A DNA stretch of 64,000 nt from Eledone cirrhosa (GCA_964016885.1 OZ024742.1:265856001-265920000), one strand, 5' to 3'. Positions 1 to 14,512 are shown, numbered from the stretch's first letter. Notes: a model not told the origin generated them from the letters alone. Made by a program: numbers and translations.

Positions 1-669
1 GTCAACGGGAGAACTGTTGACTTTCCCGGCTGCATCTAGCCTCCTTCTCATTAATAACGAAAAACAGTGTTATGAAAGATCAGACTCACTACCCAGTGTA
101 TGCTTCCATGCAAATTTCGGAATTGTCTCCCTTCCTTGTCATGAACGAATATTATTGTTCTTTTCAATGCGGATACAATTTGAATTTGTTAAATATTTAA
201 GTCAGCACATTACATTAAGTATGTTAACACTAAAATCGGAAAGACAGCAGCCCGTCTGAGGAAGGAGCCCCGCAAGGTAGGTGGCTGTTGTAGCGGTTGT
301 TGCCGATCATTGCCTACGGCAATGCCTTTGCCATTTTGTCCACGAGGCGCAGCCGAAGCACCACTCTGACTTAGGTGTAGAGTCTGTCATCCTCTCCCCT
401 TCCCTTTTCTCTCGTTGCTTAACAATCCTAGGCCATTTCCTCCCTCGTGTGTTTTTTTCCTAATGTACTTTGTCATTATGCGATATATTTATAATAATTT
501 TATATTTTTTATTTATCGTCTGCCGCCAATACTTAAAGTTTCTTAGCCATGCCTTCTACAATAAAAACACATTGTTATGTGTAATCTAACATTCCTATAT
601 GCCTTGCTCTGGATACATTTACCGGACGAACAAACCTTATATGAGTAAGAGATGACCGAAGCTGTACCG

Positions 670-2780
670 GTTCTCTGATTTTCATTCCAGCCATGCATCA
701 AATCTACCAAGTGCAAGAGATCAACTTCTGTCGAATTAAGTAACACCATGTCGTCTGCAAATTCCAGCCGATTTATTTTACACCAGCTAGTCATGATTCC
801 TCTTCCAGCCCGGCTGAGCATATCAATCTTGTTCATGTAAATAATTGTTTCTACTTTTTGGCACAAAGCCAGCAATTACCCAGTACATTACTGGTACTTT
901 ATTTTATCGACCCCGTAAGGATGAAAGGCAAAGTTGACCTCGGCGGGATTTGAACTCAAAATGGAAAGGGCTGTAACTCTATGCGTCTAAGCATGACGTC
1001 CGGCCCTCTACCGATACTGCCAATCCACGTGACAGTACGCACCCTTGGCGGATTTCGACTCCCCCATGGTTTCGATTTAGCACCATTTATCCGAACACAA
1101 ATACTCAGGCATTTGTATAGAGACTTCAGGGCAGCAAGAAACTGACCATAGATCCCATACTCTTGCAAAACCTTCCGCAGCAAGTACCAGGGAACGTGGC
1201 CATGTCTTTTCAAGGTCGACAAAACAGAAATATACCTTTTAGCAGAAGTCCCCCGAATTCTCGAAGACCTGACGCAATGTAAATATTTGGTCGGCTGTAC
1301 TGCGTCCGGAGTGCAAACCGCACTATTCATCAGCTGGCTTGGACTCGACAATCTCCCTGCATCTCTTTGCCAGACATTTAGCATAGACTTTACCGAGGAG
1401 GCTTAACAAAGAGATCCCTCTGTAATTAGAACAATCTCTCTTGTCTCCCTTCTTGAAAACTGGGATTATCACTCCCGATTGCCATTGCTTAGGTACCTTT
1501 CCAGAGTTCCAGGCCACTCGACAAACACGAGCCAGCCAGAGAATGCCTTCTCAATTTAAGGCTTTTAACATCTCGTGCTAGGTTCCATATTCCACAGCAG
1601 CCTTGCCACATTTGAGTTCGTTAACTGCTCTGGTAACCTCAGCCTCTGAGAGATTAATCACCGCTCCCAAATGCACCTCGTATACATCAGAAGATGCTGT
1701 TGTGACACGGTTTAGGAGATCAGCAAATTATTTTCTCTACCTCGCGAAGATACACTTCTCTGAAGAGAAGAGAACCCCAGACACGTCCTATATAGCAGGT
1801 GTGGAGGAGGGCTTCTTATTACAAAGTCTATGGATGGTCTGTCAGAACACTTTATTTGCTGATCTGAAGTCGGATTCCCGCTTAATCCCAAATATTTCTC
1901 ATGTCTTAACTTTGGACACATTTACTATCTCTGCTGCAGTTTTTTGTGCCTGCTTATACCGCAAGTGCAAGCAGGAAACATATTTCCAAGCTAAGTTTTG
2001 TAGACCTTCTTCTTTGCTCAGATGGCATCTTTGACCTCTTGATTGAATATCCTCATGCCATCCGGTGCCGCACCAAGCCTCTGGTCCGCAGCATCTAAAA
2101 GCTGAAGCAGTAGCTGCTGAACTGAACAATCTACATTCTGTTTCAATGTCCTCAGTTTGCTCAGGGAGTGTTCTGAATTCGAATGCAATAATATCAGCAT
2201 ACCTGGTCCCGACTTCCTTATCCACCAATGCTTCCCACTTTATTCTGTAGGTCATCCTGGATCTGTCAGTTTTGTGGGTTTCTTTGGCTTTATGTAGTTT
2301 CAAGTTGCAGATAACTAGATGGTGATCTGTTGACAGCTCAGCCCCTCTCTTAACACGTATATCAAGCAAAGAACCTAAGAGACAATAACAAAATCAAATA
2401 TTGATCTCTGTCCCTGATTCCTCTTATACCATATATATTTATGGATGTCTCTGTCCTGGAAGAAGGTGTTCATAATAGAGTGTCCATTGCTAGAACAGAA
2501 GTTTAATAAGGCCCCTCCATTCGTATTTAGATCGGAGTCAACATTCCTTCCAATCAGTCCTTTCAATGTCAGATAGTCAGTGTCAGCATGTGCATTGACG
2601 TCTCCAGGTTCCAATTATCAAGGTTTGCTCCTTTGCCCCTAATCTTTGTGCGTCCATCCCACACCTCCCCGAAGGCCCATCGCCAGTTTTTCCGGCATGA
2701 AATGGAAACAGCAATATAATTTTCGAACCGGCCCCACTACTTAAGCCCCTTAACCCGTGCGAAGGTCGATGCGGTATGGT
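670..2780 (-). mobile_element. RTE-clade LINE, 5' part (APE endonuclease + RT N-terminal half), decayed, interrupted by a SINE
   Basis: Minus-strand fragments TLIIGTW (~2610-2630), GDVNAH, RVKRGAELSTDHHLV (APE), WQSGVIIPVFKKGDKRDCSNYRGISLLSLLGKVYAK, LEFADDMVLL (RT YADD-like); many stops and frameshifts. Boundaries approximate. Confidence 0.85.
843..1028 (-). mobile_element. tRNA-derived SINE (family recurring across window)
   Basis: Reverse complement carries GGATTGGCAGTATCGGTAGAG (A-box region), GAGTTCAAATCCCGCCGAGG (B box) and CTTTGCCTTTCATCCTTACGGGGTCGATAAAATAAAGTACCAG body; splits the RT region of the RTE LINE. Confidence 0.9.
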
Positions 2781-2894
2781 TCTTTTTTTTGTTTTCTTCA
2801 GTATATTGCAGTTGCAGTGTCAGTGGTCTTACCCATACCAGTCACAATCTGGAACTTTGTCAAACCCGCGAAACCTAGGGGTTTTTTTTAAAGA

Positions 2895-3522
2895 GATGTC
2901 GGTGCGGCGAAAACTGAGACGCTCGTTCTTTCAAGGAAGCCTGCGCGGTGCACACTACATGTGAATGGAGTTCCACTGAAGCAGGTAGAGAAGTTCAAGT
3001 ATCTTGGGGTCGTGTTCATGGGTGATGGAAGGTAGGAGGATTAAGTGCAAGAATTGCAGGGCTGGTACAGTGATGCACCAGTTTCAGTAATCAGAAAAAG
3101 GGAGGTAAGCGTAAAAACCAAACTCGCTTTCTTCAATACAGTTTTCGTGCCAACCCTTACATATTGTCTTGAATCTTGGGTAATGACTGAAAGAATACGA
3201 TCGCGAATACAAGCGGCCGAAATGGGGTTCCTCCGAAGGGTCTTTGAAGTAATGTTACTCGATAGAGTGCGTAGCTCGGAGATCAGAGAATTACTCCAGG
3301 TAGAGTCACTATTTCTCCGAATTGAGATCACAGCTCCGATACTACGGCATATGATTAGACTGCCTCAGGAAGGAATCACTGGACGGATTTTACAGGCAAA
3401 ACCAAATGGCAGGGATTATACAACTCAGGAGTAGAGCCTAGCAGATGGCTGGATAACATCCATGGTCTTGGCTGGTCACGCTTGGAGATTCAGCCGGATC
3501 AATTGGAGACGGTTAATTTCTA
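2895..3522 (+). mobile_element. RTE-clade LINE, 3' part (RT C-terminus) ending in a simple-repeat tail
   Basis: KTETLVLSRKP...VNGVPLKQVEKFKYLGVVF; ORF 3045-3434 with FVPTLTYCLESWVMTERIRSRIQAAEMGFLRR; followed directly by (AAG)n. Confidence 0.85.
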
Positions 3523-3784
<262 letters not shown>

Positions 3785-4982
3785 TAACTAAACTATAGGT
3801 TATTGTTTAAGACCAGAGAAGCAGCTTTAATTTTATATATTTATTTTTCTAGATATGACCATCACATCATTTTAGAGTTATTTGTGATTATACTAATATA
3901 TGTGTATTTCCTTGTTCGAGACGGTGGAAATATCTGGCTGCTATTTCTAGCCAATTAAGTGACCCCGTAGAGACTTTGATGATTTTAAAAACAAGACCTT
4001 AGATTGTGTCAATGAACGATGTATGTCCAGACCTCATAGACTCGACAGTGTTTCTGGCATGATCAATGGGATGGTTCAGTGAAATATGTATCTACATTAG
4101 AGTGTCTCGAACAGGTTTTAGTTTTATCTTTTGATTTTGCTGTTTAATCAGGAGGCAAAAACCAGAACCCGTGACCCATTTAAGGGCCTCGGAGACTAAT
4201 AAAAGGGATAGAGAAAGGTATCCTTAAACGGAGACCTCTTTCGACAGCTTGCGACAGAGTGGGCTCCGCAAATAGCACCAAATGGTCATGTTGTGTTGTT
4301 AAACCAGGTGACGGATAAGTCGAATATCTAAGGAATCCGCAGCGAGATTTGAACTTAGAATGCAAAGAGCTGGAATAGATGTTATAAGACATCTCCTTCG
4401 GCGCTAAACCAATTCAGTTAATTCTACGCTCTGGATTAATACTTTATTTTACAAGTCCTGAAACGATGAAAGGCAATCTTGACCTAGGCATTATTTGAAC
4501 TGAATGTGCAGAGAGTTGAAGGGAATAATACTGCAAGGCAATTTTTACTTACGCTCCCACACTTTTTACTAACTCACCGCATTAAATGAACTGGTTCGGT
4601 GAAGTATTATTATCTCGGTCACATTTATATCAGATATTCTTTGGGACAGGTATGGTGACTAGTCACATACACATCTACAAGAGTCCAATCAACAAACCAT
4701 TCGGCTGTGAAGTCAATTTAAATTTTACTTATAGACTCTACCAGGCAAAGATAGCAGTTATGTGTAAAGATACATGTAACTATACACGCATAAATGCGCA
4801 CAAACAAACACATAATGTATATTTACGGAAGAAACCTATTCTCAGATAATGTTTATTTACAGAGGAGCGCTATTCTCTAAAGTGGCATGATATAAACAAG
4901 AAAATATTTACATATTTGCAGACGCCTACATAATATATACAGGAACGTCTTTAGGAAGCATTTTATGCATATATATATATAT

Positions 4983-5031
<49 letters not shown>

Positions 5032-5268
5032 CACAAATTTGTGTGTGAAGCAGCGAGATATCTGTTTATCAGCTGTTGGCTATCGCTTCGAGTAAAAACG
5101 TCCTCATTCATAAACAGTGCATCGTAAGATGTGTGCGATCACCTGATGTAATTCGTACGAAGCAAAAAAATATATACATAAATAAACACACACACACACA
5201 TGCATGCACGCACACACGCGCACACACACACACACACACACACACATGCATGCACGCGCGCACGCACA

Positions 5269-5352
<84 letters not shown>

Positions 5353-5562
5353 CAGATTGACTTTAGTGACGAGTAAAACTATCTCATTCATTAGCATTGG
5401 ATCGTAAGATATAAGGATATGTGAGACGATTGTGATAGAATGTTATAATATGTATCAGGACACACTCGAGCACACATGCTTACGCACACACTTTCACACA
5501 CTTATATACAAATATGTATATATATATATATATATATATAAACATACTTATATATATATATA

Positions 5563-5616
5563 GGAGTAAGTAAGACCCCGACGGCTGAGCTCAAGCCGTT
5601 TCGACGGCTAATTCTG
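5563..5616 (-). ncRNA. 3' half of a type I hammerhead ribozyme, inserted in (TA)n
   Basis: Minus strand: GCCGUC GAAA CGGCU UGAGCUC AGCCG UC GGGGU = stem II 3' strand, GAAA, 6-bp stem III, GUC cleavage triplet, stem I 3' strand; homologous to 47419-47478 and 49679-49770. Confidence 0.65.
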
Positions 5617-5918
5617 TATATATATATATATATAAACAAAATTTGTTTTCGCTCTAACATGGTTGATACCTAAATGTATTCGTGAGTGAATAATAATAAT
5701 ATTATAATAATATTATTAACATTCGGTTTTTTTGCAAGCAAACAGCCTCATAACAACATGCGTGTTTTCTAGACGACTGACGTCATCCTTTTGTCCAGTG
5801 GTAGCAGAATGAATATAGTCTACAACTGCTTCGGAGTTATTGCCCCTTTTCAAGACTGTGTTTTCTCTCGTCTCAGCCACTCGCTGGAACTGTTGAGAAT
5901 GCATAGTATTCTTTAAGG

Positions 5919-6236
5919 CAGGGGCGTGCAACAGGTGGCCGCGGGCCATAATCCGGTCCGCCAGACCAGTTAGAGTGGCCCGCGATTACCGTCTTTAATT
6001 TTTACCTTGTAGGCTTATTTAGAATTTTTTTCGTAACCGTTATATAATTTTCTGTTAGTTTACCTCTACTAAAGGACTTCACTGATAGGGTTATGTGTGT
6101 TATAATTTCCCAGTTCCATGTCATGGAAAGAAGTTGTGATGAATCTTTGGAATATTGCTTAATAAATATTAATGGCCCTAACAGTTGTTCCAATGTTCAA
6201 AAGTGGCTCGTCAATGGAATATGTTGCACACCCCTG
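5919..6236. mobile_element. hAT (Charlie-like) MITE, 318 bp
   Basis: TIRs CAGGGGCGTGCAACA / TGTTGCACACCCCTG; 8-bp TSD CTTTAAGG (5911-5918) vs CTCTAAGG (6237-6244); subterminal GGCC(C)GCG motifs. Confidence 0.88.
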
Positions 6237-7384
6237 CTCTAAGGTATACATGATACTGTGATTAACGTCATCCTTTTTCTCCATTGGTAGCAGAAAGAAA
6301 ACAGTCTATTAACAATAATATTATGATGATATTATTATTATTATTCAATCAGAAGAAGAAGAAGAAGAAGAAGAAGAAGAATTTTGTTGTCCATACTCTA
6401 CTATTCATTTTTGCCTATTGAATTACTTATGAGGATGGAATCAAGTTGATTCAAGATATTTTAAATATATTGCCTGTTATAGAGAATTACCGGGAACATT
6501 AAATTGAATATGAATATGTGATAGAGTATATGTTCAATATTTTCAATACTTAATGTTAATTCAAGAACATAGTATTTACCAATAGAAATAACAAAAGGTA
6601 ATAAACATGTCACATTATATATTCATTGTATGTACAGTCGAGACATATATGTAGTAAGAACAAGGTAATGTCACTTGGCAAAGGCTGATCCAGAATTCCT
6701 AGTCTCTTATACAAGAAAGGGGTGAGACAGGCAGCAATTCCCGTGGCCGCCAACTTCCCTTCAAAATTATCTTCTTTTATAACCACAAGATAAATGCACT
6801 AAATTGACCCGGCTCTAAAGTCACTATTTCCAGAATTCATTTATTTTTGGCGCCGAGTCCACTTTTATCAACCATGCCATTACGAGGGAGAGTTTAATAA
6901 TGTGTTTTCCGCTACTTCTGTTTCAATAATGAAAAATAAATATTCTGAGGTGAAAGCAAACAAGAATTGTTGTATGTACGCGTGTGTTACAAGGCCATAT
7001 AAGCTTTAACTGCAGTTGTTATGCCATCGTATTAGAAATTAGTTATTTTCTAATTCTATAATCGAAATCTCATTTTGTTATGTATAAATGTTTTTATATA
7101 TTAGACCGTTTTGACTTTCAGACGCGCTCCCAGCGCACCAGCATCTTCCGTAATGAACTCGTTGCTTTCTTGCGACACCCTAACGTTTTCGTTATCAAAT
7201 CGGCTGACAAAGGCAGTGTTATGGTCTCTATGTATGGCTATTCCCCATAACGACGGCTTCTGTGTCCTACGACACTTCCTCGAACTATGCCCCCTCATCA
7301 GCGTTGGACCCCTACATTTTTTCCGTCTGGCCGAACTCGTTCTTTAATTGTTTTTTTTTTCTTTCTCGGGTGAAATCTACTAAC

Positions 7385-8350
7385 AGGCTACTGGGTGGCC
7401 ATGTGGACGAAAATAGGCCTCAAGTACGTAATCTTATTCGATGGCTACGTTGTGGTCCATATCTTCTTCCAATCCAGTTGTCCTAACCTGTTCGTTACAT
7501 TGACGACAGTATTGATGCCACCTGTCGACTCTTATATCTCTTTCTTCTGCTCCTACCACCGTGCTCTCCAATTCATCTCCTCTTTCTTTGCCACTTTCAC
7601 CAAGTTTCCCGACACTTCAATCTCCATCAATCTTCAATTCTCAATTTCTCCGTCTTCTTCACCTTCGTAACGGGCAACATGATTTTTAGATTATGCTGTA
7701 AAAGATTTTCATCCGTCCAGTCCGCTCTCACTTTCACCCGTAAAGTCGACTGCAGCAGTACCTTCACACTTTACAAAGTTTTCAACAAGGAAACTCCCTT
7801 GCCTAACATTCCACCATATTGTCTCTCTTCAGCACATTGTTTTTAGTCTCTTGCGTCACCTCCAATCCTCTAGCTTCTTCCTTATCCACTCCTCCCCTAT
7901 TTCAAGTGCGTTTACATGCTCTATATCCTCGTTGTCCAAAGCCCCCCACCACCCCTCACACACACCACCTGATTTACCTGGATACTTCTACATTTACCGT
8001 TTCCGTTGTAATATGTTTAGTTACCTCAACAACACCCTTCACTTACCGGACCCAACGTCCACACATTCCTCATCAGTTACTTTTTCTCTACCAACCTCAT
8101 CTCTCAGGCTAACTACATCAACCAAACAGGGTACCGACTAGCGGCCAGATTTGCCGACCATCTTCTTGGCGGCATCATGCTCCAAAACCAGTCTCCTGTC
8201 GCTTAGCATTTCTATTCTGCCAATCGCTCCAAGCAACTTCTTTTACTCTTCGTTCTAGTCTTGAGCACTGGATTCCCTATCTTTAACCTCTTGAGCGAAG
8301 AGCAACTGTGTTTCCTCTCCTGAATCTCACATTTTACGACCTAAATTCCC
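7385..8350 (+). pseudogene. Highly decayed Penelope-like element (RT + GIY-YIG remnants)
   Basis: AMWTKIGLKYVILFDGY resembles AMGTKTAPTYANLVMGY of the ORF at 38951; VRYIDDS at ~7491-7512; YINQTGYRLAARFADHL at ~8114-8164 (YIGQT motif); followed by a CA-rich tail. Confidence 0.65.
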
Positions 8351-8840
8351 AGCCATTCTTCCATTTTCTTTAGTCTACACTTCCCATTGATACACACACA
8401 ACAACACATGCGAGGCCTGCATACATTCAATAAAAAAACGTGCATCCTCGTAGGTTGCCACATACACAATATATATATATATACCGCATACAGGCTCTCA
8501 CATGCACCTACATACCACTCGTACACACATCCTCAAACACACAGAAAAATAAACACATTCCCACGTCTAACACACGTATGAATACGATTCATTCGCACAT
8601 CTACACTACAGTATTCCACACCAGGCTTCACACATGCAGACACACATACCAGCGCATATATAAACACATCCACTATACTCCCCACGTTCATGCATCATAC
8701 ACGCTGACATCTATGTACACCCACCCACACATACAAACATTAACACAGACGCACACTTACACAAACACGTACACGCCATCATCACACACATATCTACACA
8801 GGCATTGTCAGTTAGATACGCCCGTACATTAATATATACA

Positions 8841-9027
8841 TGGGCGGTGGATTGGCAGTATCGGTAGAGGGTCAGGTCAGACGCCATGCTTTGTTGCATA
8901 GAGTTACGGCCCTTTACGGTCTGAGTTCAAATCCCGCCGAGGTTAACTTTGCCTTTCATCCTTACGGGGTCGATAAAGTACCAGTAATATACGGAGAATT
9001 TCTGGTCTTGTGCCAAATGTAGAAACA
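8841..9027 (+). mobile_element. tRNA-derived SINE with 13-bp TSD
   Basis: Family consensus; ATTAATATATACA at 8828-8840 and 9028-9040. Confidence 0.9.
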
Positions 9028-9924
9028 ATTAATATATACAGACTGATACATGTATGCACAAGTACACACACTCACACTTTAACAAGCAGATACACACTGA
9101 CACGGCATACTGACAAGCACACACACACGTATATTATATATACACATTGATATACTGATTCACATGCACTCACAACGATATACACACCAACATACGATAT
9201 ATCTGCACACAAGTTCTTTTCTCCCGCGGAAGTAAAATCAAACTTTTTCTCCTTTAGCATTATATGTTTTATTATGCAATTACAATTCGTTTACACTAAA
9301 CTCTATGCTATCTACATTTTCTTCTCACTTATATGTGCACGTAACAACCTAGTCTATTTTCAACACACACCATTCCTATTTCACACATACACTACGCTAT
9401 ACAGTTTTCCAATATCTAATATTATACAAGTACACAAAATATTCAGTTCAGATCGTACACACATATACACAAGTACATGTAGTTATATACCAAACTAAAA
9501 ACGTTACACTTAAACAAAAACAAGATTTAATTCACATATGCACACACAACGCCATGACATTAATTCCTTATTGAGTGGTAGGAGCGCTGTCGTTACAAAA
9601 CCCCTCCAGGGGGGGGGGGGTAAAAAGAACAAGAAAGAGGGAGTGACATAGAGATAAGAAGGCAGAATTGACCCCAGGGATGAATTGGGGTTTTATCTAT
9701 CGACCTCCAATGGATGACCCCACTGTAACCTGAACTCAGAGAGCAGAGCCGGAAAGAATAATGTGAAACATTCTATTCAATGTTCTAACCACTGTACCAA
9801 TTCACCACTAAAACGTAGCTTACCACATCTTTTTACAAAGAAAAGACCCAATCTAAATCGTACACACACACACACACACACACATATATATGTAACCCAT
9901 TAGCAACCACGCAGCACGTTTATT

Positions 9925-9977
<53 letters not shown>

Positions 9978-10285
9978 GCACACACGCACACATAGACAAA
10001 CACTCGAATACATACACTTGCATGCAAAAATCAATTCCTCATACTATACATTCCCACATCCTGCCTCAAGCCCCATAAACACATACCTAACAGAGTCAGA
10101 TATGTGTGCAAGTTCTAGATTACAATAAGTGTAATGTGTAACGCCCTCTCTGACTTAAATTCTTCATATATTTATTTTATTTTGCCTTGAGTCTTTTTCA
10201 CTGAGTGTGTGCTGTGTGCACCACGAAGCAGTACTACAGTATACGCACACACACACACACACACTCACACACACACAGACACACG

Positions 10286-10353
<68 letters not shown>

Positions 10354-10361
10354 AAGAACAC

Positions 10362-10445
10362 AACACACAAGCCAGTCCAGGTATCGAACCCACGACGTTA
10401 CGGTCATAAATCCAACACCCTTACCACTAGGCCACGCGACTCCAC
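10362..10445 (-). mobile_element. tRNA-like SINE head (second family)
   Basis: Minus strand GCGTGGCCTAGTGGTAAGGGTG...GTGGGTTCGATACCTGG (Pol III A and B boxes) with no proper acceptor stem, ending in (CA)n. Confidence 0.6.
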
Positions 10446-11439
10446 ATGCATATATTTAGGGGGTGTCATTATACGTGCGCAGGCGTGTGTATGTATGCAT
10501 GTATGTATACAGAGAAAGTGAGAGAGAGGGAGATATAATAAGGGGAAAAGAGAGTGGGGGAGAGAAAGAGCAAGCTTAAACAGAGATTTTTTCCGATAAA
10601 CAAGCAGACTTCCTATACTTATTGAAATACTACGGCATAGAATTTCGTTCCTAGGAGACCAACCGGATGTGTTATGTAATTAGAGTAAGGCCGACTAAGT
10701 TGATGGGGAATAATATCTCGACTGTTTGTTCTGGTCAAAAAATGTAGTCGACATAAACTAGTATCAACAGTAATAGCAGCATCTAACCAATGGAAGTTTT
10801 CAGTCCCCTAAAATTAGCAATGAACTCTACATGAAACAATTTTCCATCATCTTTAATTGGGAAAGGCACTTTGAAATATTCATTTTATTTTATTTTTTAC
10901 GCTATACTCTGCGAGAGAAGGATAATTCCCATGACATTTTTTAAGGTCCTCGGACACTGGTGATTGTGAAAGAGAAAGTTATCCTCAAACCGGGGGCCTG
11001 GTTAAATCTGCTAAAGGCACACAAGTTACACGTGGTGATGCTAAACCGGGCGATCGATTAAGTCTACCACCCACAGTTACGTCTTCCATGCAAACTTAAG
11101 GATACCGCCCAAGACTATGTCTACCACCCAAGCAATACATTATTCACCTACCACTTGAAATACATGAATGTCACGTACAGCTGGCTGTAAATCGGTTAAA
11201 TGACACGTAGTGTAGAATAAATTCGAAGATGACGACTTTGCACAATTCAGATATATAAAATCTAGTAAAACGGACACACCCCAGGACCAAATTCAAATAT
11301 TAGCGAAGAAACAAGGCTCGACGTGATCGTTCGAAATGCTAAAAATAGCAGTCGAATTTCCTTCAAATCACACTCAAATATCGTAAAGAATGACGGGTGC
11401 TTTAACTGTTTCATTTCTAGTGCTATTATATCTGATGCA

Positions 11440-12163
11440 TGTTGGCAATGACACGGAACCTCTTCTGCTTCATATTGGCCCCGACGCCGTGGAATTTGTC
11501 AGATCCCTCATTTACCTGGGCTCGACTGTCATCAACACTGGAAACCTGACCCCGAAGATCAACTGCTGATGTGGCCTGGTTTCCAGAAGGTCATGCACTC
11601 CCTATGGAAGCCCTTTTGATGCCACTGCTCAATCTCCCAGAAGGCGTATTTACAATGCATCGGTCCTCTCCCTTCTCCTTTATGGAGCAGAAACGTGGCC
11701 CTTCACAACGACCTTGGTGAAGAGGCTCGACATATTCGATAGCAGAGACCCGAGGACCATTAAAAACACCTGATGGCACTACCATGTTTCCAACAAAGTG
11801 TTGCCTGCGCGCACGCCTCAGTTCACTGCTTCCCGCATGCGCTGGTACAGACGGGTATTCCGCTTTCCCCCAGATCATCCTACCTGAGCCTTACTCTCCT
11901 TCGACACAGCGGCCGCAGGCTAGAAGAGGCCACGTGGCAGGCCCCGCACCAGGTGGCTGGATGTCATCAGGGAAGATCTCCGGAGGCTCGACATCACCTT
12001 CGAGGATGCAGAGGAGCTGGCACAGGACCATCAGCGATGGAGAGCGCTGGTGGACCTGGTCGGCTCTATGCGCGAAAATGCTTCTGTGATCGCTGGCTAA
12101 GGATGACCCCGGCCTCGTCGAGCAAGAAGAAGAAGAAGAAGAAGAAGAAGAAGAAGAAGAAGA
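11440..12163 (+). mobile_element. RTE-clade LINE 3' fragment with (AAG)n tail
   Basis: IYLGSTV, LLYGAETWP, GRPRTRWLDVIREDLRRLDITFEDAEELAQDHQRWRALV read across frames; (AAG)n at ~12124-12163. Confidence 0.8.
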
Positions 12164-12309
12164 AAGAGAGAGACCAGTTGGTGTTCTTGAATGAAATTGT
12201 AACAAGTGACTTCGAACAAAGAATCGAATACAGCATTACTGTACTCGAGTTTGGTGACTGAATATTAAGTCATATGTATTAAAGGGTTCTATGTATATAT
12301 ATATATATC

Positions 12310-14250
12310 GTACGAACACTGTACCAGGCAGGAAAGTTGGCTCAGCTACTGCACGAGTTCGACCACTACCATCTAGACATTTTGGGCGTGAGCGAAATGC
12401 GCTGGACTGGCAACGGAAAGATGAGTGGCAGTGGAGGCACGACTCTGCTCTACCCTGGACACCAAGACAAGCACGTCCTTGGTTTTGGAATTGTGCTTAG
12501 CGCCCGAGCAACTAGAGCGTTGGTCGGATGGGAGCCAGTCAGTGAACCTATCATAACCTCTTGTTTTCAGAGTAGGTATACGAAAGTCACTGTTGTTCAG
12601 GTCTACGCGCCGGTTGATGACGCAACCGACATCGACAAGGACGCCTTCTACGAACGGCTACAGGACACATTCAACAACTTGCCCTGCCATGACATCAAAC
12701 TACTGATCGACGATTTCAACGCTCAGATTGACTGAAACAGACAGGACTGGAACAGGTCACCGGGCCGTTTGGTTTTGTTGCAACCACCATTGACAACGGC
12801 GGGAGACTCTTTTGCGCCATCAACAGCTTGTGCATCAGCAACACCTACTTTAAACACAAGGCGATTCCCAAAGCTACTTAGCAGTCTCCGAACCAGAAAA
12901 GGCACAACGAGATCGACTATGTCTGCATCAACCAGCGCTGGCGGTTCTCGGTGCCCGACGTCGGAGTGTACCGAGGTGCAGACGTGGATCAGACAACTAC
13001 CTACTGAGTGCCGAACTTTAGTTACACCTAAGAAACAGACATGACTCGAAAGACCGAAGCCGTATTCAGTTGAGAAGAAGGATCCCGGTCTAGAGCGACT
13101 GTACCAACTGGCGCTGCACAAACGATTCCGGCAGTTGATTGAGGCTGCAGATCTGGAAGATCAATGAGTGATATTTGCGACAGCAGTGACTCAAGCAGCA
13201 CATGAAACTGTTGGCCTAAGGCAAGGAACAAAGAGAGAACAATAGGTCCAGGAAGCAACGAGGGACCTGATTGATGAACGAAAGAAGGCGAAATTTGAGC
13301 GAGATTCTGCCAGATCGCAGGAAGACCAGGGGAAAAGAGATGCCGCATACCGCTAAATCGACCGACTAGTAAAGTGAAGGTTCTGGCGGAACAAATGCGT
13401 CTGGCTAGAGGAAAAAGGTGCTGTGGTGGAGGAAGCTGCCGGTCGCAACGACACGAAAACACTGTTCCGCATTGTGAGGAATTTGACGGGAGTGTTGAGC
13501 AGTGCCAACATGTCAGTGAAGGAGATTGACCACGGGAGCAGAACAGGACCAGATATAGATGGAGCACTTATGGGAGACGCTGAACCAACCAAATCCTGTC
13601 GCCCTAATAGACTTGACCGCAGAGACTCCAGCAACCGCTGTGGTACTTAAGGTCTGTGAGGACCAAATCACCAAGCAGGAGACGGGGGATGCGATCAGCG
13701 ACTTGAGCAACGGCAAAGCAGGCAGACCTGATGAGATCTCTACAGGGTTGCTCAAATTCGGTGAAGATAGCATGATAACGGGGTTGACAAACTTGATGAA
13801 CCACTGCTGGAGGGTTGGTCAGGTTCCTCTTGAGTGGCAACGCGGTGTCGTCGTCAAACTGCCGAAGGAGGGAAACCTTGCCGACTGCAACAACTGGCAT
13901 GGTATCACATTGCTGTTAGTCCCAGGCAAGGCGTTCTGCACTGTGTTGCTATGTCGACTCCGGCAGACTGTCGACTCTGTGCTTTGGGAAGAACAAGCCG
14001 GCTTCCGAAACAATCGATCTTGCACCGAACAGATTTTCACACTAAGCAACATCCTCGAACAATACGGTGAGCTCCAGCACCCTTTGGCGGTCAACTTCAT
14101 TGATTTCCAGAAAGCATTCGACAGTGTGCATGGGGTATCGCAGTGGAATATCGTGCACTCGTACGGCATTCCTGCAAGATTCATCGCCATTTTCAAGGCC
14201 CTGTACGCAAACACCAGCTACTGTGTGCGAACTGAGTCCGGTGTGAAGGA
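12310..14250 (+). mobile_element. RTE-clade LINE, APE + RT N-terminal part, decayed and 3'-truncated
   Basis: ORF 12337: LDILGVSEMRWTG, VVQVYAP, DFNAQI; ORF 13559: KLPKEGNLADCNNWHGITLL, EEQAGFR, FIDFQKAFDSV. Confidence 0.9.
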
Positions 14251-14261
14251 GTTACAGCCTG

Positions 14262-14510
14262 GGTATCAAGCATGAGATCAGTAGCATATTTTTTGCTCTC
14301 CTTCAAGATAAAATGAAGCTTCTTACTTCTCTCATGCTTTTCAACAAGTTTCAGCATACAGTCGTTAGTTGTTTCAAGGTATTTGGCCAGTCCAATGATG
14401 GTTGTCGTGTAAGCAAGTTCAAATTGGATCAGGCCACGGCCTCCTTGAGTTCTAGGAAGGTAAAGACGATCCACATCTGCTTTTGGGTGGTGCACCCTAT
14501 TACAGGTCAG
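14262..14510 (-). mobile_element. R4/Dong-like LINE fragment
   Basis: MHHPKADVDRLYLPRTQGGRGL (post-RT motif, cf. SDIDRLYLKRKQGGRGL at 26.5 kb); abuts (ATT)n. Confidence 0.75.
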
Positions 14511-14512
14511 TA

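Noticed and set aside
250-385. CTGAGGA ... GAAGCACC...GGTGTA hammerhead-like spacing
   Set aside because: Stems I and II do not pair convincingly and GAAA is altered.
4215-4340. Minus-strand GCTGTCGAAAGAGG resembling the GAGCUC-loop HHR family
   Set aside because: No recognisable 5' core; the similarity is short.
10362-10445. Possible tRNA gene
   Set aside because: A and B boxes are present but the acceptor stem does not close; treated as a SINE head.
10640-11330. Possible ancient LINE remnant on the minus strand
   Set aside because: Only vague motif similarity; cannot be supported by eye.
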